Source: Chrysomallon squamiferum (taxonomy: Eukaryota > Animalia > Mollusca). From it: DNA of 64,000 bases. Of the stretch, positions 54,092 to 64,000 are shown in pieces. A program made the position numbers and the translations under genes. The notes under the pieces were generated by a model. That model saw only the letters and a program-made list of their open reading frames with translations, ran no database searches and was not told the DNA's origin. The DNA is taken from NCBI GenBank assembly GCA_012295275.1, contig CM022677.1, forward strand, positions 23,622,001 to 23,686,000. The letters run 5' to 3'. Position 1 is the first letter of the stretch; every line of letters starts with the position of its first letter.

Positions 54092-55543
54092 AACTACATA
54101 AAAACCAAAATCTTATAATACCGTTTGATCACTTTGTTAGACAATGACACTCTACATACCTTTCTCACAACATGTCCTTGTCGCAAGACGCCGACTCTTC
54201 CCAGGGCAAGGTGCACCATGTTGACTGGGTGCAGGATTAGCACATAATCTCATCATTATAATTATCTGTCCACATGAGGTCGAATTACATTTTGAAATTC
54301 CCTGAGTAAACCACACGCTCCATCCACCATTCACTAAAATAAAAATTACAACTACTGAGCTCTTGAAAGTATTTATACCTTGTAAGTAAATTGAAATTTA
54401 TAATGATTTCAGAAGAATCCTAAGAAAAACAAATTTTAGCAAGCTCTCTGAGCATATGAATTGCCTGTATCACGTTTTTCTCCAAAATATTTTGAAAACA
54501 AAATTACACTGACACTGATTTAAATTTGTTTTTAAAAGAAACAACAATAGTTCTAAAATACTGATAATTCACAGGTTGTGTTACCATATGTTTATTTAGT
54601 TGTGCTATACTACCTAGATTCAATAAAACCAACCAGCATTATCTTATCCTATCCGCTACTAGATTCTTTTTCTATGTTAAACATGTTTTATCAGACAGCT
54701 TACACATATGAAATTATTTTTATTTTAATAATGAATTTGCATTCTCATCAAAACACTCTATAAAATCATGAGTAAAGGAAAAAATAAGCATTATATGTAT
54801 CATTAATTTACTGATGTCTCGTTACACAGATCTAGTTTAATTTTATACATTTTAATTTGAAAATATTTTATTCCATTCACACCTAAAATGTCTGTATTTG
54901 ATCTAGAGATATGAAATTTGGTAGAAAAACATACTCATATATGTTTTCCTTTTTTATTTTTATTTTTTTTTTTTTTTTTTTTTTGTTGTTGTTATTTTGT
55001 TTCTTGTTTTGCTGTTATTTTGTTTCTTTGTGTAGTGTTTTTTCTTTGCATATTCTTTCTGTGTTGCATTTTTGTTCTTTCATTTTTCGTTTTTTTTTCA
55101 TATGGGAAAAGAAATATTTAATTTTTAAATTTACTTTCTTACTGTACTAACTGACCTATCAGAAGAAAAAAAAAATAGATATACGCTAACTATACCAATA
55201 CATTCTGCTGTACGAAAACACTTCCGTATCTCAGTTTTCTGATTTGGCCCTACACACTTCTTTCCATTTCTCGAAGGTCGAGGGTTCATACACAGTCTGA
55301 AGAAAGGAAGTATATAACTCCCAATGCCACAAGTTGCATCACAAGGTTTCAGTGCTCTTTGTCTCCAAGAAGTCCATCCACCATCCAATGCCCCAAACCC
55401 ATTTTCTGAAAATTAAATGTTTTTTACAACTGTAACTATCACTTATTCTTAACTTACAATAATGTCTTATAAGCCGCAGGATACTGAAGTACATAAAGAA
55501 ATATTTACATTAGTGTTATTATTCTAACATTTATGAAATTACA

Positions 55544-55582
<39 letters not shown>

Positions 55583-55612
55583 TAGTGCTACTAGTACTAC
55601 TAATATCAATAC

Positions 55613-55649
<37 letters not shown>

Positions 55650-55896
55650 TTGTACACATTTATTTATTTATTTTCTGTGTGTGTGTGTATGTGTGTGTGT
55701 AAAACCTCTAAGTATAATTCAAATTCAAAGTATTTATGACATCAGCATTTCATTTGTCCTGAAATTAATTTAGCTAAACGTTCTTTTTAAACTATTTTTG
55801 GAACTGAGCTTTACTATACTTCAGCTTGAAAAAAATAAGTTATACATATATAAATAATTTATTATAATTTGCTTATCTCAGTTCTTTAACAATAAC

Positions 55897-55950
<54 letters not shown>

Positions 55951-57176
55951 GAAAACAATGAAGAAGAAGAATACTCTTACTACATTGTGGTCGCCTACAT
56001 AATCGATTCAATACTTTTTCTGCAGGCCCTTGACATTTCAATCCTAGACCCTGTGGTTTAGGATTATTGCATTCTCTTTGAGTATAAATAGCGGTGTATC
56101 CATATCCACAAGTGACACTACAAGGTTTTTGACTTTTAATTTCCCATCTACTCCAAAAACCATGAACTTTGAAAAATCAGTTTAAAACAGGTTAAAATCA
56201 AAAACTAGAAAGACAGAAATCACAACAACAGCTCATTATTAAATAAATAAATAATAATTTATACAGTAGTGAGAACAAGACAACTTGGAAAGTTTCAAAA
56301 GCAAGCATCAATATTGTTAACGGACCTACTCATATTTTGATGTAACCTGGAGCATAATTCATTGGATGTGAAAAGCCTAATACATCTGGCGTAATATCAA
56401 TAGCTTTTAAAAAATATATAAGGTTTTAATTATTCTCAGCAATCTTTGGATAAAACATAATACATTTTGTATGATTGGAAAAGCCATTTTCAACTCAAAT
56501 TTATTATACTCAGCAGTCAGAAAGATTTGTTATAAATACATATTAAAGAAAAAAGCTTTTATATTTCAGTTATTGTGTTTCATACCTGAAATTTTGGGGG
56601 ATATGAAAATATGGGACTCCATAAAAAGCCTTTAATACAGTGTTCAGGAATGCATTATGAGCACAGGATGTTTTGTACATTAATGTTTATTATTTTTTAA
56701 ATGAACTAAATCATAATTGCCAAATCTATTCTGTAATTTTTACATTTATTTTTATTGATTTTTAGTTATTTATTTGTTTGTTTGTTTGTTTATATTGTTT
56801 ATTTAGTTATTTATTTATTTTTTTATTTATTTATTAATTTATTTTTTATTATTATTATTATTTTTTTTTTTTTTTCAAGTTTTTTTTTTTTTTTTTTTTT
56901 TCGGGAGGTTACAATTTTTTTATGCATTGTTTTTTTTTCAGTCTTCTTACCTGATTTGCATGCACCTCGTTTGCATTTTGTGACGAAAGGATAACTAAAC
57001 ATCCCGTAACAAAAGACATTCTCCCCGTCACAGTTATTAATGTTATAGACATATCTTTCACAGTCACGATTGCATGGCCCACTCATGTTTTTCCAAGATG
57101 ACCACTGAGCTCCATTCTTAGGATCTGTGTGTGTATGTATGTCTCTGTGTGAATGTGTGCATGTGTGTGTGTTTAC

Positions 57177-57212
<36 letters not shown>

Positions 57213-60200
57213 CTGACTTATACAGAAACAAAAAGAGAAAAATGTCATATTGGTATTTTTGTTCAACATTCTAATTATTTACTTATTCAGAATATTCACA
57301 AAAAGTACTGTTATATGAATTATGAACACAATACCAATCAGACAAGTGATGAGAAAGAAATTAAAAATTTTATCTAAATCTTTTAGCAGCACCAGTAGTT
57401 GCAAAACTGAAATAACCTCACAAGTAGCACCTTTTTCTAAATATTTACAGCATATGCGACAAACAACATTATTATTATTATTAGTAGTAGTAGTAGTACT
57501 TAACTATATGGAGAAACCGCTTTTCTTGAAAATATTCTAGCATCATGTCAATATGAACAATCTATAACCTGTGTGTGTGTGTGTGTGTCTGTAGGTGTGT
57601 GTGTCTTTTTACTTAAAAACATTAAATATATTTCATGTTTTGAAGTTGAAAGAAAGACTGCTTTGACACTATATTACTTTAATCGGTCAAAAAAAAGACA
57701 CTGTACATACGTTTCTCACAGCAGTCCCTGTCAGAATAACTTTCAAAGGCCCCAGTACATGCTGAGCCAGTCACACTAGGTGCAGGGTTTGTACATAACC
57801 TTCGGTAAGTAACTTCCTGGTGACAGTTCGAATTACATTTTGTAACGGTATGAATAAACCAATTATTCCATCCACCATTCACTGAAAACAAATTACCATT
57901 ACTGAACTCTATATCTTCTAAGTAAACTATAAATGTATTATCACTTCAAAAGAATCTTACAGAAATAATTACATCAAGTTTTGTTAGCAGACAATTTAGC
58001 ATTTATCTAACAGGTTTCTCAAAAATATGTCAAGAAGAAAATATACTTTTGTTATTCTGTATTTAATTAATTAATTTATTGTTATGAAACTGTTTCTAAA
58101 TTATCGTTAAAATCCTTAAGATAATCATCGAAACTAATTATAGTCTAGTTTTGTACAGAAAATATTACTCAAATTATAATAAAGATGAAATTATTTTTGA
58201 TAGCTGAATATGTACATGTGTGTGTGTGTATATGTAGATAGATAGATATATAGATATATAGATAGACAGATAGATAGATAGATAGATAGATTTTTCTTCT
58301 TGTTCTTTTCTTTTTTCTATTTTTCCTAACTATTTACATTACATCCAAACCAAACTGAAGTAACATCTAAAATACCGTATATACTTGTGTATAAGTCGAA
58401 TTTTGGGGAGACTATATTAAGGTAATATTTTGGGGGTCGACTTATACATAGGTAATGCTTTTGTAGCTGTTGCTGAAGAGTCGCCATTTTGACTATTTTT
58501 TGCTACAGGATGCATCTAAAATAATCGCAGTCTTTCAGCTTTTCAAAAATATAATTTTATCGTATAAAAAATTTTGAAAAATTAATTAACAAAACCAAAT
58601 ATGAATGTAAAACATGATATTCTTCCGTTTAATGACATAAAAATACATTTTAAAGCGAGAAAACCATCAGTACGGCGTTATGCCGTACGGCGTCTTGCAA
58701 TGATCTAGGAATGCAGACTTCTCTGCCAAATTGCACTAAATATCGGTCCTAATTTCATAAACAAAACTCACTTGTTTAATTGTAAAGAATTTGGTGAAAT
58801 AATATTGCAATCGTCATTAATATCCACTACCGACAAATTTTGTAAATCATAGAATGGCTAAATATAAGTTAGGTCTCCATGTTAGACCTATTACATTAAA
58901 GAGATACTATTTATGATACATTTAGGCTACAGTTCGTGTAATACATGCATTTACGTTATTATGGTGTGTTCGTGCAAGTTACAGCTCATGCAAGTTATGT
59001 TACAGTAGGTGTACAATGTAGGCCTTCATGGCACTGTCACACTGGTCTAAAAATAGTGACGTGCCTGGAATCTACAGTCGACTTATACACAAGTAATACC
59101 TAAAATGACGCAATTTTTGGTCTTAAAATACACATCGACTTATACATAAGGTCGCCTTGTACACAAGTATATATGGTAAGACATTGATTATTAAATAGTT
59201 ATCAATAAAACTGAAGAATAATATGGTGCCTTGGTCTAGAATATCACATCATCTGGTTGTGTAACTGGCCAAAATGATACTGGGGCGTTAGACAGCCACA
59301 TCGACATACACACAATTAACTAGCCATTTATAAATCATTGGTCCTTTGTGGACAAATCCCAGTGACTCCTCAAAATGTCTGAAATTTTAAATTACCTCTG
59401 AATTCATCCTTTCATTAACACTGCAATCATTGTTAAGTCTTGTCATCTGGCACTCTCATGCATCATAATTGAACATAAACTGGTCTGATAAGATGCACAG
59501 TGTAAGCTACTTTTAACTGTAAACAGTTTCATAGGCAAAAATCTTATTTCATTCACATCTAAAACGCCTGTATGTTTTTATTAGAGATATGGATAAACTG
59601 TCACAAGATATGCAATGATTTAGAAGACTTAAATATAGTGCTCAGTTGTGAACACATACTGTGTCCAGTTTCGTATAACTTTTCTTTATTATTATTAACA
59701 CTAGTAATCAGATATTGTAATTTGCTAAACATTTGCTAAAAAAAAAACATGATTAAACTTGGCTGGAGGTGATTTAGAAGACTTAAAAATTTGAACTAAA
59801 AAAATTATTAAAACCATGATTAAACTTGGCTGGAGGTGAGAATCTCCATTCAGTATTTACTTTTTCTTTTGTACTTTTTTCTTTATTTTTTTATTTCTTT
59901 TTTCTTTTGATTTTTTTTTCTTTTAGTTTATTTTTACTTTTTTTTTTTAACTTAAAAAATTGGTAAACTTACTCAGATTGAATTATTTAAGTTACAATTG
60001 TCAAAAAAGTACATACAACAATTATAGTATACCTGTACATTCTTTTACTTGAAAACACTTCTCGTTCTCAATTTTGCTACTTGCCCCTACACAATTCTTT
60101 CCTTTATTCAAACGTGGAGGGTTGTTACATAATCTGATGTAATGAACTATATGATATCCAATTCCACAAGTTACATTACAAGGTGGCACTACTGTTTGTA

Positions 60201-61050
60201 TCCAAGGAGACCATTCACCATCCAGTGACCCAAACCCATTTTCTGAAAGACAAATGTTTGTATGTATAACGACTTTCTCTGAAAGTAAAATAAAATGTTA
60301 ACATTTTAATTATTTTCTCCTTAATATTCAATTCTAAAGATGACCATTAGTAAGGTGATTCATTTTAAATTTTTAAAAAGTATAATGGTAAAACATCAGC
60401 AGATTCAAGTATGTAGAGTAATATATTTATTAGTTTTAATATTAACTGTTTGTTATTTATCTTTATCTATATTTAAATATCATCAAAGTGCACCAATGAT
60501 ACAGATAAAAATATATGAAGGAAAAGCAGAAATAGATTTATGAGAGATGTATTATTTATTTTTTATTTCTAACTTAGGTTTTGTTAATCAGTTTAAAAGG
60601 AAATGCACTTCTGAATTCAGCTTCAGGATAATTCAATTTGTAAAACTTCTATTTATATAAAACACATAATTTTAAATCGTTAAGACATATTTCTTATTTG
60701 ATTATATAATATTACTTTATTAGATATATTCTCTTATTGATCTTCCTCTTCTAATTAATGTCTCACATTTCTTCACCGAAACAAAATGTAATAATTGTGT
60801 AACTGCATTGCATCCACATAATAAAACAATAACAACTACTGCTTCATCTACTACTACTACTACTACTAATAATAATAGTAAAAGGAGAAGAAGAAAAAAT
60901 ACTCTTACTGTATCAAAATTTCTTGAAAAATATGATTTTAAATAATTTCAGACACATATCATCTGATTGTAATAAGATATGCTATTAAATTTCATCTGTT
61001 ACTTTCCTCTTTATTTATTATAATTTGCTTTTATCAGTTCTTTACCAAAG

Positions 61051-61091
<41 letters not shown>

Positions 61092-63701
61092 ATGAAGAAG
61101 AAGAAGAATACTCTTACTACATTCTGCAGGCTTGCATGCTCGTTTTATTGATTTTGAATTTGGCCCTTGACAAGTCAGTCCTTGACTGAATGGTTTAGGA
61201 TTATTGCATTCTCGTTCAGCATAAGTAGTGCTGTATCCATATCCACAAGTGACACTACAAGGTGTTTTACTTTTAACTTCCCATGCACTCCAACCACCTT
61301 GAACTTTGAAAAATTAATTTAAAACAGGGTAAAATCAGAAACTAAAAAGAAAGAAATCACAACGACAGCTCATTATTAAATTAAAAAAATAAAAAAATAA
61401 TGTATACTGTAGTGAGAATGAATAACGAAAAACAAGAAAAAGAAAGTTTCAAAAGCAAACATCAATATTGTTAAAGGTCCTACTCATATTTTGATGTAAC
61501 TTGGAGTATAATTCATTGTCTATGATTAATCTGAAAAGCCAGATGCATCTGGCATAACATCAATAGTTTTTAAAATAAAATATAAGATTCTCAGTCAAAC
61601 TCAGGATAAAAACTAATTATATTTTCTATCACTGGAAAAGCATTCTCAACTTACATTTATCATAACAGTTGGGAAGATTTGTTGGAAATATGTATTAAAG
61701 AAAAACTGCTGTATTTCAAATATTAAGTTTCAAAATTCCACAGAATTTACCCTGATTACTTATATTTCAATCTTAGTAGACAGGACTGTCACATAGAAAA
61801 GAAGCAATTTATGATGTAATCCATGCTTTATTATCCCCTAAATAAAGTTTAACACTAGATTTGACATCCAGAGTCACATCCAGGTATTAGTTTTATTTAT
61901 TAATTTTAAACACAGTTGTATCTTGTTCTTGTTGCCATTAATAGGTCAGTCGTTGCCATTATGCTTTTGATGATTGCATTCTCTTCAAATATGTTTTTAT
62001 ACAACCATATCCATAAAGATCTCAGCTTATGCTTTCCCAAATACTCCAAGGCCACTGACCTTCAAAATGTTTTATTAATATTATTATTTTTTTTTTCCTC
62101 ATCTTATTCTTTCACAGATGATGTTTATGTAATTACATAGTAACCGTTATTGATATTTTTCATTATTATTATCAGCTCTTTTGCATATCAACAGACAAAA
62201 TCTATGGTTCCAAAGGATTCTGGTTTTAAATATTTTATAATTTTATAGTTTACATTTACTCGAAATAATAATGACTTAATCAGCATTTCAGTGTTGTATT
62301 AAATTAAAGCTGCCACTGAACAGAAAAAAAAAAAAAAAAAAAAAGAAAAAGAAAAGTATGAACAGAAGAAGATGATGATGAAATTAATTAGTATTAAAGG
62401 TAAAAAAAAAAATAAAAAAAAAAAAGCCTGAATTTAGACAGCCATATAATTAATTTTGATGTCCTGAAAAAGCACATCTTAGATAATAATAATAATAATA
62501 ATAATAATAAAATAATTATTATATAGATACCAATAGCACTTTTCTTGTTAATAAATAATTAATAAGTGACAATATATATAAAATATTTTTCAGTATTACT
62601 TGCCAGCCTAATCAGTATATTTATTAGTTATCAAACAATTTTGAAGATCAGAATCATTCTGCCTGTTCATTCTGCCAGATCTTTCACTTACACATATCTT
62701 TTAAATTAATAAATAATTTATTCAGACTAATATAAAACTACCCAGTGAAAGTATGTATTAAAAAACTGTTAATATATATATTGTATATATTTTTTTTGAA
62801 AACACATATAAGTTTCCCAAATTTGAACAGAATTTCCCATTTATATCTATATTTAACAAAATTTATTAAAAAAGTAATAATAATAACAATAATAATAATA
62901 CTAATACTAATACTAATAATACTACTAATAATAATAAGAATAAAAGAATAAGAAGCTTATAAGAATAATTGAGTAATTCAATATCCACAAAGTGCTTATC
63001 CATCCCTGATTTTATATGCAGCTTAATATATTTTTTATTTTATTTTATTTTTTTTTTCTTTATCAACTTACCACTTTTACAAGAATCTCCTCTGCACCGC
63101 TCTAAACGAACCTTATAAAAAACGCCGAAACAATAGCGATTTTTCCCAACACACTCCCTCACTTGGTAGACATGTCTCTCACATGAGCTTTCACACAGAT
63201 CATTGACTGTTGTCCACGACGTCCACCGAGGTCCATTGAACTTATGGTCTGAAGATATTAAAAAAGATAATAACAAAACAAATAATAAATAAAAATCAGA
63301 AGATAAACATAACAAATCTACCACCAGCATATTGTTTCCTTCTTCCTATTTACATTCGAAATGAAATTCGCGTTTGAGGAGATAAAATAAGAAAACAGAA
63401 GTAATAATAACTAAAACTCAAAGGATAATTGTACATATTAAATCTACCAAAACTTTATTTCATTCTTTCTTTCTACCTAGAAATATACAGTAGAAATAGT
63501 TGTGGGGAAAACAAAAACTGATGTACATACGTCTGACACAGCAATCCCGGTAAGTAATAGACTGATCAGGCCCAGGACAATATGAACCACTTGGACTGGG
63601 TGCAGGTTTTGTACATAACCTTTGATGAATAACTTCCTGTTGACAGTTCAATTTACACTTTGTAATCGAATGAACAAACCAGTCATTCCATCCACCATTG
63701 A
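33983..63701 (-). CDS. Gene 3 (5'-partial): type-I membrane multi-TSP1 receptor or adhesion protein, 20 TSP1 exons in window
   Basis: Order A-D-C-B-A-D-C-B-A-E-(F x9)-linkers-TSP1-linkers-TM-tail; all internal exons phase 1-1 and open except 42586-42771. Confidence 0.85.
34368..34458 (-). CDS. Gene 3 transmembrane exon
   Basis: cag|..|gtaatt; [31 protein letters not shown]. Confidence 0.85.
34612..35803 (+). mobile_element. Decayed Tc1/mariner DNA transposon
   Basis: Frameshifted transposase pieces: [38 protein letters not shown] (Tc1 WPxxSPDL motif). TIR remnant aagtttagcaa near 34620 vs ttgctaaactt..tttgaacagTA near 35780-35803. Confidence 0.85.
36076..36126 (-). CDS. Gene 3 stalk exon (51 nt)
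   Basis: ccag|..|gtctct; [17 protein letters not shown]. Confidence 0.6.
36503..36514 (-). CDS. Gene 3 candidate 12-nt micro-exon
   Basis: ttcag|AAATGTCTGGAG|gtaaga; flanks match the 33-nt micro-exons. Confidence 0.5.
36935..36967 (-). CDS. Gene 3 33-nt micro-exon
   Basis: [11 protein letters not shown]; cag|..|gtaaga. Confidence 0.75.
37275..37307 (-). CDS. Gene 3 33-nt micro-exon
   Basis: [11 protein letters not shown]; cag|..|gtaaga. Confidence 0.75.
37716..37910 (-). CDS. Gene 3 membrane-proximal TSP1 exon (195 nt)
   Basis: [42 protein letters not shown]|gtaatc. Confidence 0.9.
39221..39253 (-). CDS. Gene 3 33-nt micro-exon
   Basis: [11 protein letters not shown]; cag|..|gtaaga. Confidence 0.72.
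39891..39923 (-). CDS. Gene 3 33-nt micro-exon
   Basis: [11 protein letters not shown]; cag|..|gtaaga. Confidence 0.75.
41912..41947 (-). CDS. Gene 3 36-nt stalk-type micro-exon
   Basis: ccag|..|gttttt (weak donor); [12 protein letters not shown]; flank homologous to the 36076 exon. Confidence 0.55.
42586..42771 (-). pseudogene. Gene 3 class F TSP1 exon with premature TGA (poison or pseudo-exon)
   Basis: VNG*WTSW (TGA at 42761-42763); remainder intact [25 protein letters not shown]. Confidence 0.85.
43213..43320 (+). repeat. Inverted duplicate of 42520-42627 (exon 3' end plus donor)
   Basis: 108 bp, 8 mismatches by eye to the reverse complement of 42520-42627. Confidence 0.9.
43442..43630 (-). 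CDS. Gene 3 TSP1 exon class F (189 nt)
   Basis: [39 protein letters not shown]|gtaata. Confidence 0.92.
44235..44423 (-). CDS. Gene 3 TSP1 exon class F (189 nt)
   Basis: [38 protein letters not shown]. Confidence 0.92.
44799..44987 (-). CDS. Gene 3 TSP1 exon class F (189 nt)
   Basis: [29 protein letters not shown]|gtaaga. Confidence 0.92.
45791..45979 (-). CDS. Gene 3 TSP1 exon class F (189 nt)
   Basis: [29 protein letters not shown]. Confidence 0.92.
46478..46666 (-). CDS. Gene 3 TSP1 exon class F (189 nt)
   Basis: [29 protein letters not shown]. Confidence 0.92.
47511..47699 (-). CDS. Gene 3 TSP1 exon class F (189 nt)
   Basis: [29 protein letters not shown]. Confidence 0.92.
48034..48222 (-). 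CDS. Gene 3 TSP1 exon class F (189 nt)
   Basis: [29 protein letters not shown]. Confidence 0.92.
49230..49418 (-). CDS. Gene 3 TSP1 exon class F (189 nt)
   Basis: [29 protein letters not shown]. Confidence 0.92.
50430..50606 (-). CDS. Gene 3 TSP1 exon class E (177 nt)
   Basis: [50 protein letters not shown]. Confidence 0.9.
53121..53795 (+). mobile_element. Truncated Tigger/pogo-type DNA transposon
   Basis: ORF 53271 gives [26 protein letters not shown] (CENP-B-like N-terminal HTH of Tigger); right TIR-like end aactcgtaagtcaaggtaccactgt. Confidence 0.8.
54160..54333 (-). CDS. Gene 3 TSP1 exon class A (174 nt)
   Basis: [30 protein letters not shown]|gtatgt. Confidence 0.9.
55196..55405 (-). 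CDS. Gene 3 TSP1 exon class B (210 nt)
   Basis: [36 protein letters not shown]. Confidence 0.9.
55981..56166 (-). CDS. Gene 3 TSP1 exon class C (186 nt)
   Basis: [39 protein letters not shown]|gtaaga. Confidence 0.9.
56951..57124 (-). CDS. Gene 3 TSP1-like exon class D (174 nt)
   Basis: [32 protein letters not shown]|gtaaga. Confidence 0.9.
57711..57881 (-). CDS. Gene 3 TSP1 exon class A (171 nt)
   Basis: [30 protein letters not shown]|gtatgt. Confidence 0.9.
58375..59176. mobile_element. Non-autonomous MITE (Tc1/mariner-pogo type, TA target duplication)
   Basis: TA|ccgtatatacttgtgtataagtcga ... tcgccttgtacacaagtatatatgg|TA; subterminal tcgacttataca repeats. Confidence 0.85.
60033..60242 (-). 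CDS. Gene 3 TSP1 exon class B (210 nt)
   Basis: [44 protein letters not shown]. Confidence 0.9.
61118..61303 (-). CDS. Gene 3 TSP1 exon class C (186 nt)
   Basis: [44 protein letters not shown]|gtaaga. Confidence 0.9.
61910..62060 (-). pseudogene. Decayed class C TSP1 pseudo-exon
   Basis: remnants WSIWE, YGYG, RECN with stops and indels. Confidence 0.65.
63072..63248 (-). CDS. Gene 3 TSP1-like exon class D (177 nt)
   Basis: [45 protein letters not shown]|gtaagt. Confidence 0.9.
63531..63701 (-). CDS. Gene 3 TSP1 exon class A (171 nt)
   Basis: [44 protein letters not shown]|gtatgt. Confidence 0.9.
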
Positions 63702-64000
63702 CTGAAATACAACGTTGCTATTATCGAGCTGAGAGAAAATCATTACATTTTCAAAGTACATTATATTTCTTATAATTTAAAAAATAATCTTACGACACCA
63801 ACGATGGCAATTATTTTGTCTTTATCAAATATATATTCTCCAAAATATACTGAAAAAGAAATTATACTGCATGAATTTTGATCAGTTGTTAAAATGGGAA
63901 AGGACATTTTATAAACATGCTTAATGTTATTCAGGATTGTTTTCTATAAAACAGTTTGTCATTAATGTATTTACTTAATCTGGAGTTAATGGGTAATTTT

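Noticed and set aside
100-63701. Single giant hemicentin, SCO-spondin or ADAMTS gene
   Set aside because: Internal stop/TM exons and fresh signal-peptide exons split the window into three genes; no Ig, vWD or protease exons seen.

Overview
AT-rich, microsatellite-dense eukaryotic (invertebrate-like) genomic DNA. Most ORF-track entries are microsatellite read-throughs. The real content is a head-to-tail cluster of three paralogous, intron-rich minus-strand genes built from thrombospondin type-1 (TSP1) repeats, one domain per symmetric phase-1 exon. Gene 3 (33983 to beyond 64000, 5' end off window) has 20 TSP1 exons, linker micro-exons, a TM exon and a short tail. Gene 2 (7384-30057) is complete: signal peptide, four copies of a 4-exon TSP1 cassette plus one more TSP1, a stalk with repeated EDGFRRK exons, TM and tail. 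It carries frameshifts and splice-site lesions and is a likely decaying copy. Gene 1 (ATG at 4010) runs off the window start. The tails of genes 2 and 3 conserve two YxN motifs (PLYKNK, YDNPVS). In gene 3, the only stop-containing exon has its 5' splice site matched by a 108-bp antisense copy in the upstream intron. Decayed Tc1, Tigger/pogo and MITE insertions lie in introns. Exon boundaries and translations were read by hand; no expression or database evidence was available.
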